Origin: Candidatus Woesearchaeota archaeon
GTDB lineage: Archaea > Nanobdellota > Nanobdellia > Woesearchaeales > DSVV01
Length of the DNA stretch: 64,000 nucleotides
Direction of reading: 5' to 3'
Assembly: GCA_043813525.1 (NCBI GenBank)
Contig: JBDRKY010000046.1
Span: 13,053-77,052 of the forward strand
In this document: positions 1 through 9,949 of the stretch, piece after piece
Position numbering within the stretch: position 1 is the first letter of the stretch
Layout of the letters: each line of letters starts with the position of its first letter
Made by a program: the position numbers and the translations under genes
The notes under the pieces: generated by a model
Told to the model about the DNA's origin: nothing
Databases searched by the model: none
What the model saw: the letters and a program-made list of their open reading frames with translations, nothing else

Positions 1-843
1 GATGCCAGCAGAATGGCTTGGATCAACAATAACAGGGAGATGAGTTTCTCTTTTTAATAATGCTACAGCATTGATGTCAAGAGTATTTCTGTATGCAGTC
101 TCAAAAGTTCTGATACCTCTTTCGCATAAGATCACATTTTTGTTGCCATTGGCTAATATATATTCTGCTGCCATAAGGAATTCCTTGATAGTTGCTGCAC
201 TTCCTCTTTTCAAGATGACTGGTTTGTTAATCTTGCCCATCTCTTTCAAAAGATCAAAGTTCTGCATATTTCTTGCTCCAACTCTTAATATATCAACATG
301 TTCAGCAGCAATTCTTACATCTCTTACATCCATGACTTCTGTCTCTACAAGAATCCCAACCTTATCTCTAACTTTTTTCAGAAGTTTAAGGCCTTCAATA
401 CCCATGCCTTGGAAATCATATGGAGAAGTTCTTGGTTTAAAAACAGAAGCTCTCATAATTTTGACTCCCATCTCTTTAAGTAATTTCGCAGCTTTCATCA
501 ACTGATCTTCGCTTTCAGCAGAGCAAGGTCCGGCAATCATAACAAACTCGCCATTGCCAATAGAAACATCAATACCTAATGAATTTTCAATTTTGATAAC
601 AGTTGTTTCTGCATGATGTTCTCTGCTAGCTAATTTGAAAGGTTTAAGGATTTTAACAACCTTCTCAACACAATCAAGCGAAGCAAAGTTGTTTGATTCT
701 GCTCTGACATCTCCCTGTACATGTACAACTGTTCTTTCCACACCTTGGAAAGGCACTGGTTTCAAGCCTTTTTCCTCAACTAATCTAATTACATTATCTA
801 TTTCCTCTTGTTTTGTATTTTGTTTCAACACAATTATCATTTT
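1..843 (-). CDS. 3-deoxy-D-arabino-heptulosonate-7-phosphate (DAHP) synthase, type I-beta-like with N-terminal ferredoxin-like regulatory domain; 3' end runs off the window
   Basis: Reverse-strand translation gives MIIVLKQNTKQEEIDNVIRLVEEKG...GEFVMIAGPCSAESEDQLM...KPRTSPYDFQGMG...GARNMQNFDLLKEMG...CERGIRTFE...VIVDPSHS, matching DAHPS/KDO8PS-family motifs. An RBS-like GGAGGT lies upstream of the ATG at 841-843. The plus-strand ORFs listed here are antisense artefacts. Confidence 0.78.
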
Positions 844-1212
844 CTGTACCTCCATTGTTTACTTTTTGTTTTTCCTTATTTTTATGGTGGAAAGCACACC
901 AATTTTTAAATTTTAGTTAGATAACTAACTTATCCAAAACGCCTGAGATTAGAATGCAAATTCAATGAGATATTAAAAGATGCAAGACCATAATCTAAAC
1001 TCAGGCCTTAGTTAAAATAAAAATAGAACCAGTTAAAAAATAAATCAGCTAATGAAAGTTTACTATCTATATCAATTAATACGCAATCATTCATATTTTT
1101 AGCTAAATCTTTCATAATACAATTAGATAGGGATAATTTATATATAAATGTTTTGTAAAAGTTAGAGAAACCTTTAAAAAGTATAGAGAAATTCAACATT
1201 CATATTCAAAAT

Positions 1213-1476
1213 GGCGGCATAACTCAGCCTGGTGGATTTTGTTATATTTAATATTAGCAGATATCCAGGCAATTAGAGTGCTACGCTCATATTGTTGAGC
1301 TATGAGTTCCAAACTTGTTTTGGAGCAATGATTTTAACAAGAGGCACGTAGATGTCCCGCGTTCAAAAAATAGGTGCTTGACGCTGGCTGTTAGGTGATA
1401 GGAATTGGTTTTTAACCATGCTTCTAGCACCCAGCATTAAGCCATAGCACTTAAAATGAAAGTCGCGGTGCCGCCA
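1213..1476 (+). tRNA. tRNA-Met/Ile2 (anticodon CAU) apparently interrupted by three introns (D-loop, anticodon loop 37/38, T-loop); mature length about 74 nt
   Basis: The acceptor 5' GGCGGCA (1213-1219) pairs with TGCCGCC (1469-1475) and is followed by discriminator A1476. U8 is present. The D-stem ACTC (1222-1225) pairs with GAGT (1276-1279), with about 40 extra nt in the D-loop. The anticodon stem CTACG (1281-1285) pairs with CGTAG (1347-1351), the loop is CTCATA with CAT at 1288-1290, and roughly 54 nt are inserted after position 37. The variable loop is ATGTC. The T-stem CCGCG (1357-1361) pairs with CGCGG (1464-1468), the loop starts TTCAAAA, and about 95 nt are inserted. An oligo-T tract follows at 1477-1483. 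Confidence 0.6.
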
Positions 1477-1559
1477 TTTTTTTCTTTTTTTCTTTATTGT
1501 TCTAAAAGTAAATTTTATTAGTAAGATTTATATACCCCTACTAAGCAGATGATAAGGTT

Positions 1560-2195
1560 ATGGTAAATAAAGATGCTGTAAAACAAAAAGAGATAAAATC
1601 AAGTAATATTAAAGCACATAAACTAAAAATATATGATTTAAAACCACAAAACAAAGAGATAGAAAAGCAAACAGAGATGCCAGAAATCACCAAGATAAGC
1701 TTATGGTTAGACAGATATGATGATATATTCTCTGATTTTGATCCAAGACCTTATTCTCAGAGATCATTATCTGATGATTTTTTATCTGAAGCTAAAAAAG
1801 TGATAGTAGAGAAAAAGACAGGAAAGATTGAGATGAACCTTTTGACGCCAAAAGAAATAAGAGATTCAAAATCTGAAGCATTGATAAAAAAAAGGCTCAG
1901 AGAATATTTCAAGAAACAATTTATTAAGATAAATGAAAAAACAAATAAATTAAAAAGAAAGGGTTTCTTTTTGGTTTTTTTTGGTATTATATTCATGATG
2001 GCTGCAACTTATCTATATACATTAGAATCAAAGAATATATTTATCACTTTCTTAATTGTCTTACTTGAACCAAGCGGATGGTTTTCTACATGGTATGGTC
2101 TTGATCAGATATTTTATTATGCAAAAGAAAAAAAGCAGGATTTAGAATTCAACGAAAAGATGTCAAAGTGTGAGATTAATTTCAGCGAATATTAG
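1560..2195 (+). CDS. hypothetical protein with C-terminal transmembrane segments
   Basis: 211-aa ORF with a Lys/Glu-rich N-terminus and a hydrophobic C-terminal region (FFLVFFGIIFMMAATYLY...). No family was recognised. Confidence 0.45.
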   Translation: MVNKDAVKQKEIKSSNIKAHKLKIYDLKPQNKEIEKQTEMPEITKISLWLDRYDDIFSDFDPRPYSQRSLSDDFLSEAKKVIVEKKTGKIEMNLLTPKEIRDSKSEALIKKRLREYFKKQFIKINEKTNKLKRKGFFLVFFGIIFMMAATYLYTLESKNIFITFLIVLLEPSGWFSTWYGLDQIFYYAKEKKQDLEFNEKMSKCEINFSEY

Positions 2196-2247
2196 GTTTT
2201 TTAAATTTAATAAAAAAAGTAATTTTAAAAAATAATGTGTATATTGT

Positions 2248-2790
2248 TCAATTCTCATATATCAAACCGATATTCTTGCATCTTTCAAATAATTGGTTAG
2301 TTATAAACAAATCCTGCCTTAAATATTCCCTTACCTCTTCATATTTTTTTTGTTTCCAAAGCAATGGCATATCACCACCTTTAAAATCCTTATACTTACC
2401 TTCAACACCGATTAGTTTTGCGTAATCATTCAGTTTCCCGGACTTACCATACGTCCTAAATAATGTTAAATGCTCCCTTAGATCGATAAAAGAAGTTGAA
2501 TTAGGCCTGACAATCTCCAGATTATGATGCAGGCTTCTGTTGATCATGAAATAAAAATCAAAATCTCTTATGTTATAACCAACATATCTGACAGATGAGA
2601 ATTTCTTATGCAACTCTCTTATCTTATCCCAAAACTTCAGTATAAGCAATTTCTCATCTTCTTCCATGATAATCAATTCTTCTTTTAAGAATTTCATACC
2701 TATCGCAATAACCCTTCCATTTATAGGTGATAATGCATCTTCTCTGTTATCTGTCAAAGATGCTGTCTCTATATCTAATATAATTTCCAT
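2248..2790 (-). CDS. DnaQ-like (DEDD) 3'-5' exonuclease family protein
   Basis: An N-terminal ILDIETASL motif (Exo I DxE) and overall RNase H-like fold signatures. 180 aa. Confidence 0.55.
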   Translation of the reverse strand: MEIILDIETASLTDNREDALSPINGRVIAIGMKFLKEELIIMEEDEKLLILKFWDKIRELHKKFSSVRYVGYNIRDFDFYFMINRSLHHNLEIVRPNSTSFIDLREHLTLFRTYGKSGKLNDYAKLIGVEGKYKDFKGGDMPLLWKQKKYEEVREYLRQDLFITNQLFERCKNIGLIYEN

Positions 2791-2969
2791 GATTGTTCAC
2801 TTCTTATTATTTTGATTTTTAAAGATTTAGCTGGTTTGATATATGTAATCTATAACATATAATAAATCTATATATTTAATTATAATCGATTATATAAAAC
2901 ACCCCATCATCCAGATTTAGAGAGATATAGATAAAAACAGAACAATGAAAAGAATGAAGATGATATATA

Positions 2970-5657
2970 ATGAAAAAAGAGCAATATGATGATCAGTCTA
3001 CATTAACACCAGCGATGAAGCAATTTGTTTTCTTTAAAGAGAAATACCCAGATTGTCTTATATTATTCAGGATGGGTGATTTTTATGAGATGTTCTATGA
3101 TGATGCTAAATTAGCTTCTAAGATTCTGAATATCACACTGACCAAAAGAGGAACTAAAAATCCAGTTCCTTTAGCTGGTTTACCATACCATGCATTAGAC
3201 AATTATCTGGCAAAATTAATCAGAGCAGGGATCAAATGTGCGATATGCGAACAGATAGAAGATCCAAAAAAAGCTAAAGGTGTTGTCAAAAGAGATGTTA
3301 TCAGGGTTGTGACACCCGGAACAATCATTGATAATGGCCTTCTTTCAGATAGATCAAACAATTATCTGATGAGCCTGTCATTCTCAGACCAGTTGACAGG
3401 GATTGGGATAGTAGACCTGTCAACAGGTGAGTTTCTCACTACAGAATTATATAACGATAATAACAATAATAACTTGATGACTGAAATAAACAGGATAAAT
3501 CCTGCAGAGATAATATTTCCATCTGCACAGATAAATAATAGTATTATTCAACAGTTGAAAGAACAGAATTTTTATATCAATGAATATGAAGACAGGTTTT
3601 ATTTTTATGAGATAGCATATAATAATCTTAAGAATCATTTTAGTACAATCAACCTTGAAGGTTTTGGGCTTGAATCAGGAGGAGAAAAGAAAAAAATATC
3701 TATCGCTTGTTCAGGTGCATTGCTAAGTTATCTTCAGGAGACACAGAAAACAAGTTTAACCCACATCAACAAGATAAGATTTTTCAGCACAAGTGAATTT
3801 ATGATCTTAGACAAAGCAACAATAAGAAATCTTGAGATTGTGAATAATATAAGAGACCACACAGATGATAACACTCTGCTGGCAGTACTTGATAGGACAT
3901 TGACACCAATGGGATCAAGATTACTGAAAAGATGGCTGCTCAATCCATTATTGAATTTGAAACATATAAATTTACGCCTTGATGCAGTTGATTTTCTTTT
4001 CAGGAATATTTTAGTAAGACAAGAGTTAAAAGAATTATTTGATATTGTCAGGGATATTGAAAGGCTGATATCAAGAGTTAATTATGGAAACGCAAATGCC
4101 CGTGATCTATTGGGATTAAGACAATCTCTTAATATTCTCCCACAATTAAAAGAAATATTATTAGAACCTGATAATGAACTTATAGAAAATAATGAGATCT
4201 TAAAAAAAATTCATGATATTGATGACCTGAAAGATATTGCTGAATTAATCAGAAAAGGAATAAAAGAAGACCCTCCATTAAGCATAAATGATGGATGCAT
4301 AATAAAAACAGGCTGCAATAAAGAGCTGGATGAACTGCATGACATCTGCATCAATGGAAGGAGATATCTCAAGGATATTGAAGCAAAAGAACAGCAGAGG
4401 ACAGGCATAAGATCATTGAAAGTGAAATTCAACAGGGTGTTTGGTTATTTCATTGAGGTGACAAGGCCAAATCTTCATCTGATCCCAAAGAATGAAGACG
4501 GCAGTCTGGTATATATAAGGAAGCAGACAACAGCAAATGCTGAAAGATTTATAACAGAAGAGCTGAAACATTATGAAGAGAAGATCCTTGGAGCAGAGGA
4601 GAAAATTAAAGTTTTGGAACTAAACTTATTCAAAGAAATCTGCAATAAGATAATTGAAAAAACCAAAGAAATCCAGGATGCAAGCGATTTCATCGCAAAA
4701 GTTGATGTTCTATTAGGATTTGCAGCTGCTGCATCTGAATATAATTATACAAGACCTGAAGTTGATGATAAATTTTCTATAAGGCTTATGGAAGCAAGGC
4801 ATCCTGTGATCGAAAGGATTGAAAAAGTTTACATTCCAAATGATATCCATATCAGCAAAGACAATAAGACAATGATCATCACAGGACCAAACATGTCTGG
4901 GAAGAGTACAGTCATGAGACAGGTTGCATTATGTGTGCTTATGGCGCAGATCGGCAGCTTTGTGCCTGCAAAAAAAGCAGAGATTGGCATAGTGGACAGG
5001 ATTTTCACAAGGGTTGGCGCGCATGATGATCTGACACATGGCCAGTCCACTTTCATGGTTGAGATGAATGAAACTGCAACAATATTAAACAATGCCACAG
5101 AGAGCTCATTGATCATAATGGATGAGATTGGCCGCGGCACAAGTACATTTGACGGCGTCAGCATCGCATGGAGTGTTGCTGAATATATCAATAAAAATAT
5201 CAAAGCAAAGACATTATTTGCTACTCATTATCATGTCTTGACAAAGTTAGAAAAGTTTGATGGCGTAAAGAATTATCATATCGCTGTAAAAGAAAGCAAG
5301 ACAACAGACAGCAAAGGCAAGGTTAAGGACAATCTAATCTTTCTGCGTAAACTGATAGAAGGCGGCACTGATAAGAGCTTTGGTATTCATGTCGCTAAAT
5401 TAGCAGGCATGCCAAAAGAAGTAATAGACAAAGCAAAAGAAATTCAGTATAAATTAGAAGTTGCAGACAACATGAAAGATGAGATCATTGTTGAGAAGAA
5501 GAGAGGAAAAGATGATAATAAGATAGATAAGAAAGAAACTGAACATCTTATTAATTTTAATAATAAATCAGATACAGACAAATACAACAATAAAGAAAAA
5601 GATGATGAATTAATACAATTTACCAAACTAAGACAGAAAAGACTGATTGATCTATAG
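2970..5657 (+). CDS. mutS: DNA mismatch repair protein MutS (MutS1 type)
   Basis: 895 aa. N-terminal mismatch-binding region (MKQFVFFKEKYPDCLILFRMGDFYEMFYDDA). Walker A ITGPNMSGKSTVMRQVAL. MVEMNETATIL and DEIGRGTSTFDGVSIAWSVAEY motifs. C-terminal HTH-like tail. Confidence 0.9.
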   Translation: MKKEQYDDQSTLTPAMKQFVFFKEKYPDCLILFRMGDFYEMFYDDAKLASKILNITLTKRGTKNPVPLAGLPYHALDNYLAKLIRAGIKCAICEQIEDPKKAKGVVKRDVIRVVTPGTIIDNGLLSDRSNNYLMSLSFSDQLTGIGIVDLSTGEFLTTELYNDNNNNNLMTEINRINPAEIIFPSAQINNSIIQQLKEQNFYINEYEDRFYFYEIAYNNLKNHFSTINLEGFGLESGGEKKKISIACSGALLSYLQETQKTSLTHINKIRFFSTSEFMILDKATIRNLEIVNNIRDHTDDNTLLAVLDRTLTPMGSRLLKRWLLNPLLNLKHINLRLDAVDFLFRNILVRQELKELFDIVRDIERLISRVNYGNANARDLLGLRQSLNILPQLKEILLEPDNELIENNEILKKIHDIDDLKDIAELIRKGIKEDPPLSINDGCIIKTGCNKELDELHDICINGRRYLKDIEAKEQQRTGIRSLKVKFNRVFGYFIEVTRPNLHLIPKNEDGSLVYIRKQTTANAERFITEELKHYEEKILGAEEKIKVLELNLFKEICNKIIEKTKEIQDASDFIAKVDVLLGFAAAASEYNYTRPEVDDKFSIRLMEARHPVIERIEKVYIPNDIHISKDNKTMIITGPNMSGKSTVMRQVALCVLMAQIGSFVPAKKAEIGIVDRIFTRVGAHDDLTHGQSTFMVEMNETATILNNATESSLIIMDEIGRGTSTFDGVSIAWSVAEYINKNIKAKTLFATHYHVLTKLEKFDGVKNYHIAVKESKTTDSKGKVKDNLIFLRKLIEGGTDKSFGIHVAKLAGMPKEVIDKAKEIQYKLEVADNMKDEIIVEKKRGKDDNKIDKKETEHLINFNNKSDTDKYNNKEKDDELIQFTKLRQKRLIDL

Positions 5658-5707
5658 AAAAGATGATAGTAATAAAATATATAAACAACAGAATATAAGA
5701 GGTAAAA

Positions 5708-6349
5708 ATGTACAATTTATTAGGTTTTTTCATACTTTGTTTTAGTTCATTGTTCTCTATAGTTAATCCTTTCTCTACAGCTATAATATATGAAGCACTC
5801 ACAACAAAGTATTCCAAAAAAGAAAAAAAAGCAGCAGTAAAAAAAGCATGCATCACAATGCTGATTATACTGATTATTTTCAGCCTGTGCGGTATGTTCA
5901 TACTGAAATTTTTTAATATAAGTGTAGATGCATTAAGGATTGGTGGCGGTATTTATCTTATCATTATATCATTGAGAATGCTGAATCCAATGAAAAGCCA
6001 GAAAGAACTTCATCCAACATCAAGAAAAGAGCTGAGACAGAAGGATGATATTGCAATAGTGCCTTTAGCCATACCATTTCTTTCAGGGCCAGGAGCAATC
6101 GCAACAACTATTGTTCTGGTGACACAAACACCAAATCATTTAGGCTTGCTTATATTGATAGGTGTGATTATTCTCATAACTATAATTACATATATTGTCC
6201 TCAGAAACTCGAACTTATTGATCAAGAAAATGCTGGGGCATTCAGGTATCAAGACATTAGAGAAATTATTAGGGCTGATTATATTATGCATAGGTGTGCA
6301 GTTCATTCTTAATGGACTGAAAGATTATGTTGTTGGAATTATTATTTAG
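5708..6349 (+). CDS. MarC family integral membrane protein (UPF0056)
   Basis: 213 aa with multiple TM segments. The N-terminal FSIVNPFSTAIIY motif is typical of the MarC family. Confidence 0.65.
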   Translation: MYNLLGFFILCFSSLFSIVNPFSTAIIYEALTTKYSKKEKKAAVKKACITMLIILIIFSLCGMFILKFFNISVDALRIGGGIYLIIISLRMLNPMKSQKELHPTSRKELRQKDDIAIVPLAIPFLSGPGAIATTIVLVTQTPNHLGLLILIGVIILITIITYIVLRNSNLLIKKMLGHSGIKTLEKLLGLIILCIGVQFILNGLKDYVVGIII

Positions 6350-6362
6350 AACCAAAAATACA

Positions 6363-6989
6363 TCAAAACACTTTTCTTTTCTTCAGAAATTCGAGCAAAC
6401 CTTTTGGAAGAATCACTTTCTCAGAATTTTCATGATTTTCATCATCAACAACATATCTAAATGGTAATTCAACCTCTTCACAATCATTTATAGGGATAAT
6501 TATTGTATCTTTGAATTTAATCTCAGAAAAATTTTTACCATCTTCAATAATCATTTTAGCAGCAAGAACTGCTGTATCAGTTGACATCTGCTCTTTCCCC
6601 ATATGCCTTTTTTCAAAATGAATTTTAGTTCCATCTTTTTTTTCTTTTTCTTTCAAAGATTCAGCAATTGTTTTTGTCCTGTTCTGCGGCGGATAATCAC
6701 CCATGATGCCTCCAAACACAAAATAATCAAATTTATCTTTGTCTTTTGTTGTCAGCATCTTATCAGCATTTAGGTCAAGAATGCATATTTTATTATTATC
6801 AAGAATATTAGTATCAACCAAAGATTCAGTGTAAACTTTTCCAAATACACTCAATTTTTCAACAGACTTTTTTCCAGAAACATTTGTAAAAATGATATTT
6901 GCTTTACCAACTATCTCTGCTGCATGCTTATATTCAAGAAAGCACCATTTGTATAGTCTTTTATCAAGATGTTCAATTATATATTTCAT
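6363..6989 (-). CDS. hypothetical protein, possible SPOUT-like RNA methyltransferase fold
   Basis: 208 aa. ICILDLNADK and FVFGGIMGDYPP resemble SPOUT SAM-binding motifs. The assignment is tentative. Confidence 0.35.
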   Translation of the reverse strand: MKYIIEHLDKRLYKWCFLEYKHAAEIVGKANIIFTNVSGKKSVEKLSVFGKVYTESLVDTNILDNNKICILDLNADKMLTTKDKDKFDYFVFGGIMGDYPPQNRTKTIAESLKEKEKKDGTKIHFEKRHMGKEQMSTDTAVLAAKMIIEDGKNFSEIKFKDTIIIPINDCEEVELPFRYVVDDENHENSEKVILPKGLLEFLKKRKVF

Positions 6990-7404
6990 AAGATTAAATA
7001 ATTTAGAATAATATAAAAATGTTTAGATTAATAAAAATGTAGTTAATAAAACAAAAAATTACTCAAACCCGCCATCAGTAAGCATATATTCTTCTAATTC
7101 GTACTTGTCAAATTTTGTTCTATTCATGATTTCTTTAAGGCATTTTCTGCCTTTTCCTGTTTTCTTAACTAATTCTACCATATTCTCACCTTAAAGTTAA
7201 ATATAATTATACAATGCAGTCACAATGCAGTCACAATGCAACCAAAGAAATCACCTGTTTTGATACCCCTTAATATAAATCCGAAGTATCTAATCATTTA
7301 TATATTTTGTGGTTTAGGACTACTCACAAGTAAGAAAACATAAATTTGAAAATATTTATAAATAAATACATATATAGACAAACATAACAAAAAGAGGTTA
7401 AGCA

Positions 7405-8610
7405 ATGGAAGAATATTTAATTTATCTTACAAGCATAGCTATTATTTTATTAATAGGCTTATTTATCGCTTTATTATCTAAGAAAATAAAGATTTCAAAC
7501 ATTCTGCTATTGTTAGTGACAGGTATTATACTTTCAAAAGCAACATATTATGGTGAAAAATTATTTGTATTTCCGACTGTTTTTCTGACATCTCTTGCGA
7601 TATTAGCATTGGTCATGATCATATTTGATGCTTCATCAAGATTCAAATGGAAAACAATTGATATCCATACCATCAAAGCATTGAAACTTGCAGTAATTTT
7701 TTTGATAATCAATATGTTTCTGCTTGCAATAGCAACTTCATTCATATTCAATATAAAAGATGTGTTTGTCGTGCTGATATTTTCCAGTGTCATGGTCGGC
7801 ACAAGCCCTGATGTCATACTTTCGATGCTAAAGCAGAGCAAACATAAAGTTGTGGAGCTCTTAAGGATTGAATCAATCATAAATACTCCTTTGACAGTTC
7901 TTTTACCATTTATTATCCTTGATCTTATGAATACATTAAACCTCGATGGAATAATTTTCTCTAAGATGCTGGAGCAGTTAAAACCTTTCATCACGCAGTT
8001 TGTTGTTGGTATAGGAGCAGGTGTTTTAATTGGCCTTATACTTGCAAAATCCATGAAAAAAGCATATTCTGAGACATTAAGCCCATTGGCATTGATAACA
8101 GCTGCACTGATTACCTATATCCTTGCAGAAAATTTAGGCGGAAATGGTGTTCTTGCTGTGACAGTGATGGGATTGATGTTTGGAAACCTTTACATAAAAC
8201 AGCAGAAAGAACACCTGTACAGCATATCTAACTTTTTTGGCAATTCACTTTTGATTCTTGTGTTCATACTTGTAGGTATAGGAATTAGTGTTCCATTGAC
8301 AGATTATGTGTTCTGGATAAAAGCTTTTATCCTGTTCATTATATATTTAGTGATAAGATATCTTGCTGTTGAGATAACAATGAGAAATGGCTGTTATAAT
8401 TTTAAGGAAAAGATGTTCATGACACTGAACATCCCAAAAGGCATTGCAGTTGCTGTCGTCGCATTCACCTTAGCCAACAGCACAGCAGACATACCAAGAC
8501 TTGCAACAATACTCAACCTGATAGTTGCATTCATGCTCTTCTCATTATTAGTATCAACTATAGTCGGCAAATTTGATAACTGGTTCTTGACAAAAGTAGA
8601 AAATGGATAA
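7405..8610 (+). CDS. cation:proton antiporter (Na+/H+ exchanger family) membrane protein
   Basis: 401 aa and highly hydrophobic, with about 11-12 predicted TM helices. The overall architecture is CPA-like. Confidence 0.6.
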   Translation: MEEYLIYLTSIAIILLIGLFIALLSKKIKISNILLLLVTGIILSKATYYGEKLFVFPTVFLTSLAILALVMIIFDASSRFKWKTIDIHTIKALKLAVIFLIINMFLLAIATSFIFNIKDVFVVLIFSSVMVGTSPDVILSMLKQSKHKVVELLRIESIINTPLTVLLPFIILDLMNTLNLDGIIFSKMLEQLKPFITQFVVGIGAGVLIGLILAKSMKKAYSETLSPLALITAALITYILAENLGGNGVLAVTVMGLMFGNLYIKQQKEHLYSISNFFGNSLLILVFILVGIGISVPLTDYVFWIKAFILFIIYLVIRYLAVEITMRNGCYNFKEKMFMTLNIPKGIAVAVVAFTLANSTADIPRLATILNLIVAFMLFSLLVSTIVGKFDNWFLTKVENG

Positions 8611-8643
8611 CTTTATAAATAAATCCATAACCTTTCTTTATAA

Positions 8644-9096
8644 ATGCCCATATATAAAAAAATATTGCTTGATACCAACTTTTTGATGATACCAGGCAAT
8701 TTTGGGGTAGATATCTTTGAAGAGATTAACAGGATATGCAATTTCAATTATAAGTTGTATCTGCTGGATAAAAGCATAAATGAGCTTAAAAAACTGCCTG
8801 ATAAAGCCAAAAAACAGCGTACAAAAACCAAGATTGCTGTGAATATCGCCTTAAAATTGGTTGAATCATTAGTTAAAGATGGAAAACTTAATATAATCCC
8901 TACGAAAACTGATATTAAGCTTACTAAATTCAGAGGAATGTATGTTGATGATATTATAAAGGATATCACAGCAAAAGATAAGGATAATGAGTATATAATA
9001 GCAACAACAGATATTGAATTGAGAAAACATTTAAAAAGAGTGGTTATTTTAAGACAAAAGAAGTATCTGGAGCTTATTCAAAACACAAATCAATAA
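8644..9096 (+). CDS. PIN-domain protein (conserved archaeal gene upstream of rpoE/spt4)
   Basis: The N-terminal LLDTNFLM acidic motif of a PIN fold. Its position immediately upstream of Rpo7-Spt4-S24e-S27ae matches the conserved archaeal cluster. Confidence 0.6.
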   Translation: MPIYKKILLDTNFLMIPGNFGVDIFEEINRICNFNYKLYLLDKSINELKKLPDKAKKQRTKTKIAVNIALKLVESLVKDGKLNIIPTKTDIKLTKFRGMYVDDIIKDITAKDKDNEYIIATTDIELRKHLKRVVILRQKKYLELIQNTNQ

Positions 9097-9109
9097 AGGT
9101 GAATTATCA

Positions 9110-9709
9110 ATGTACTACAAACTAAAGATTGAGGACCATATAAGAGTTTCTCCTAGATTATTTGGAGATGATACAAATTCAGCTATTCAAAAGCAGATTA
9201 GAGAGAAATTTGATGGTTACATCTCAAAAGAGCTTGGTACAGTAATTGATGTTTCTGATATTGATAAAGCTGAGCAAGGCATTGTCATTCCAGGAGATGG
9301 AGCAGCATATTATAAGACAACTTTTAATTTACTTACATTCAAGCCAGATCTACAGGAAGTTGTGTTTGGTAAAGTAAAAGATATCGCTGATTTTGGTGCA
9401 TTTTTATCTATTGGTCCGATTGATGGCATGATCCATATCTCACAGACAATGGATGATTTTGTAAGTTTCTCAAAAGATAAGGTATTATTAGGAAAAGAAT
9501 CTAAAAGATCATTGAAGACTGGTGATGTCTGCAGAGCAAGAATAATCGCAATAAGCTACAAGGATCCAAGCAATCCAAAATTAGGGATGACAATGAGACA
9601 GCATGGTCTTGGTAAAGTAGATTGGATTGATGAAGAGGAGAAAAAAACTGCAGCAGCTGTTAAAAAAACAGATACAAAGAAAGAGAAAGAAGCACAAAAG
9701 AAGAAATAA
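9110..9709 (+). CDS. rpoE: DNA-directed RNA polymerase subunit Rpo7/E' (S1 domain)
   Basis: MYYKLKIEDHIRVSPRLFGDD N-terminus and an S1-like OB region (GKVKDIADFGAFLSIGPIDGMIHISQ). It is followed by spt4. Confidence 0.85.
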   Translation: MYYKLKIEDHIRVSPRLFGDDTNSAIQKQIREKFDGYISKELGTVIDVSDIDKAEQGIVIPGDGAAYYKTTFNLLTFKPDLQEVVFGKVKDIADFGAFLSIGPIDGMIHISQTMDDFVSFSKDKVLLGKESKRSLKTGDVCRARIIAISYKDPSNPKLGMTMRQHGLGKVDWIDEEEKKTAAAVKKTDTKKEKEAQKKK

Positions 9710-9753
9710 AATTATTATTATAAATTGAATCAAAAAACAAAAAGGTAATCAAT

Positions 9754-9939
9754 ATGGCAAGAAAAGTATGTAAAAGATGTAAGATATTTATTGATAAAGA
9801 TGAATGTCCTTTATGTAAATCAAGCTCATTTTCAACAAACTGGCAAGGCAGGCTATTTGTGGCTGATCCAAACAAGTCATTTGTTGCAAAGCAGATTGGT
9901 CTGACTGCAAAAGGAGAATATGCAATCAAAGTAAGGTAA
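9754..9939 (+). CDS. spt4: transcription elongation factor Spt4 (RpoE'')
   Basis: 61 aa. Zn-ribbon CKRCKIF...CPLC followed by SFSTNWQGRLFVADPNKSFVAKQIGL...GEYAIKV, the classic Spt4 signature. Confidence 0.85.
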   Translation: MARKVCKRCKIFIDKDECPLCKSSSFSTNWQGRLFVADPNKSFVAKQIGLTAKGEYAIKVR

Positions 9940-9949
9940 TGGGATAAAA

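Noticed and set aside
71-916. Plus-strand ORFs (71-505, 298-483, 635-916) at the window start
   Set aside because: The minus strand encodes a well-conserved DAHP synthase across the same bases. The plus-strand frames are low-complexity antisense artefacts.
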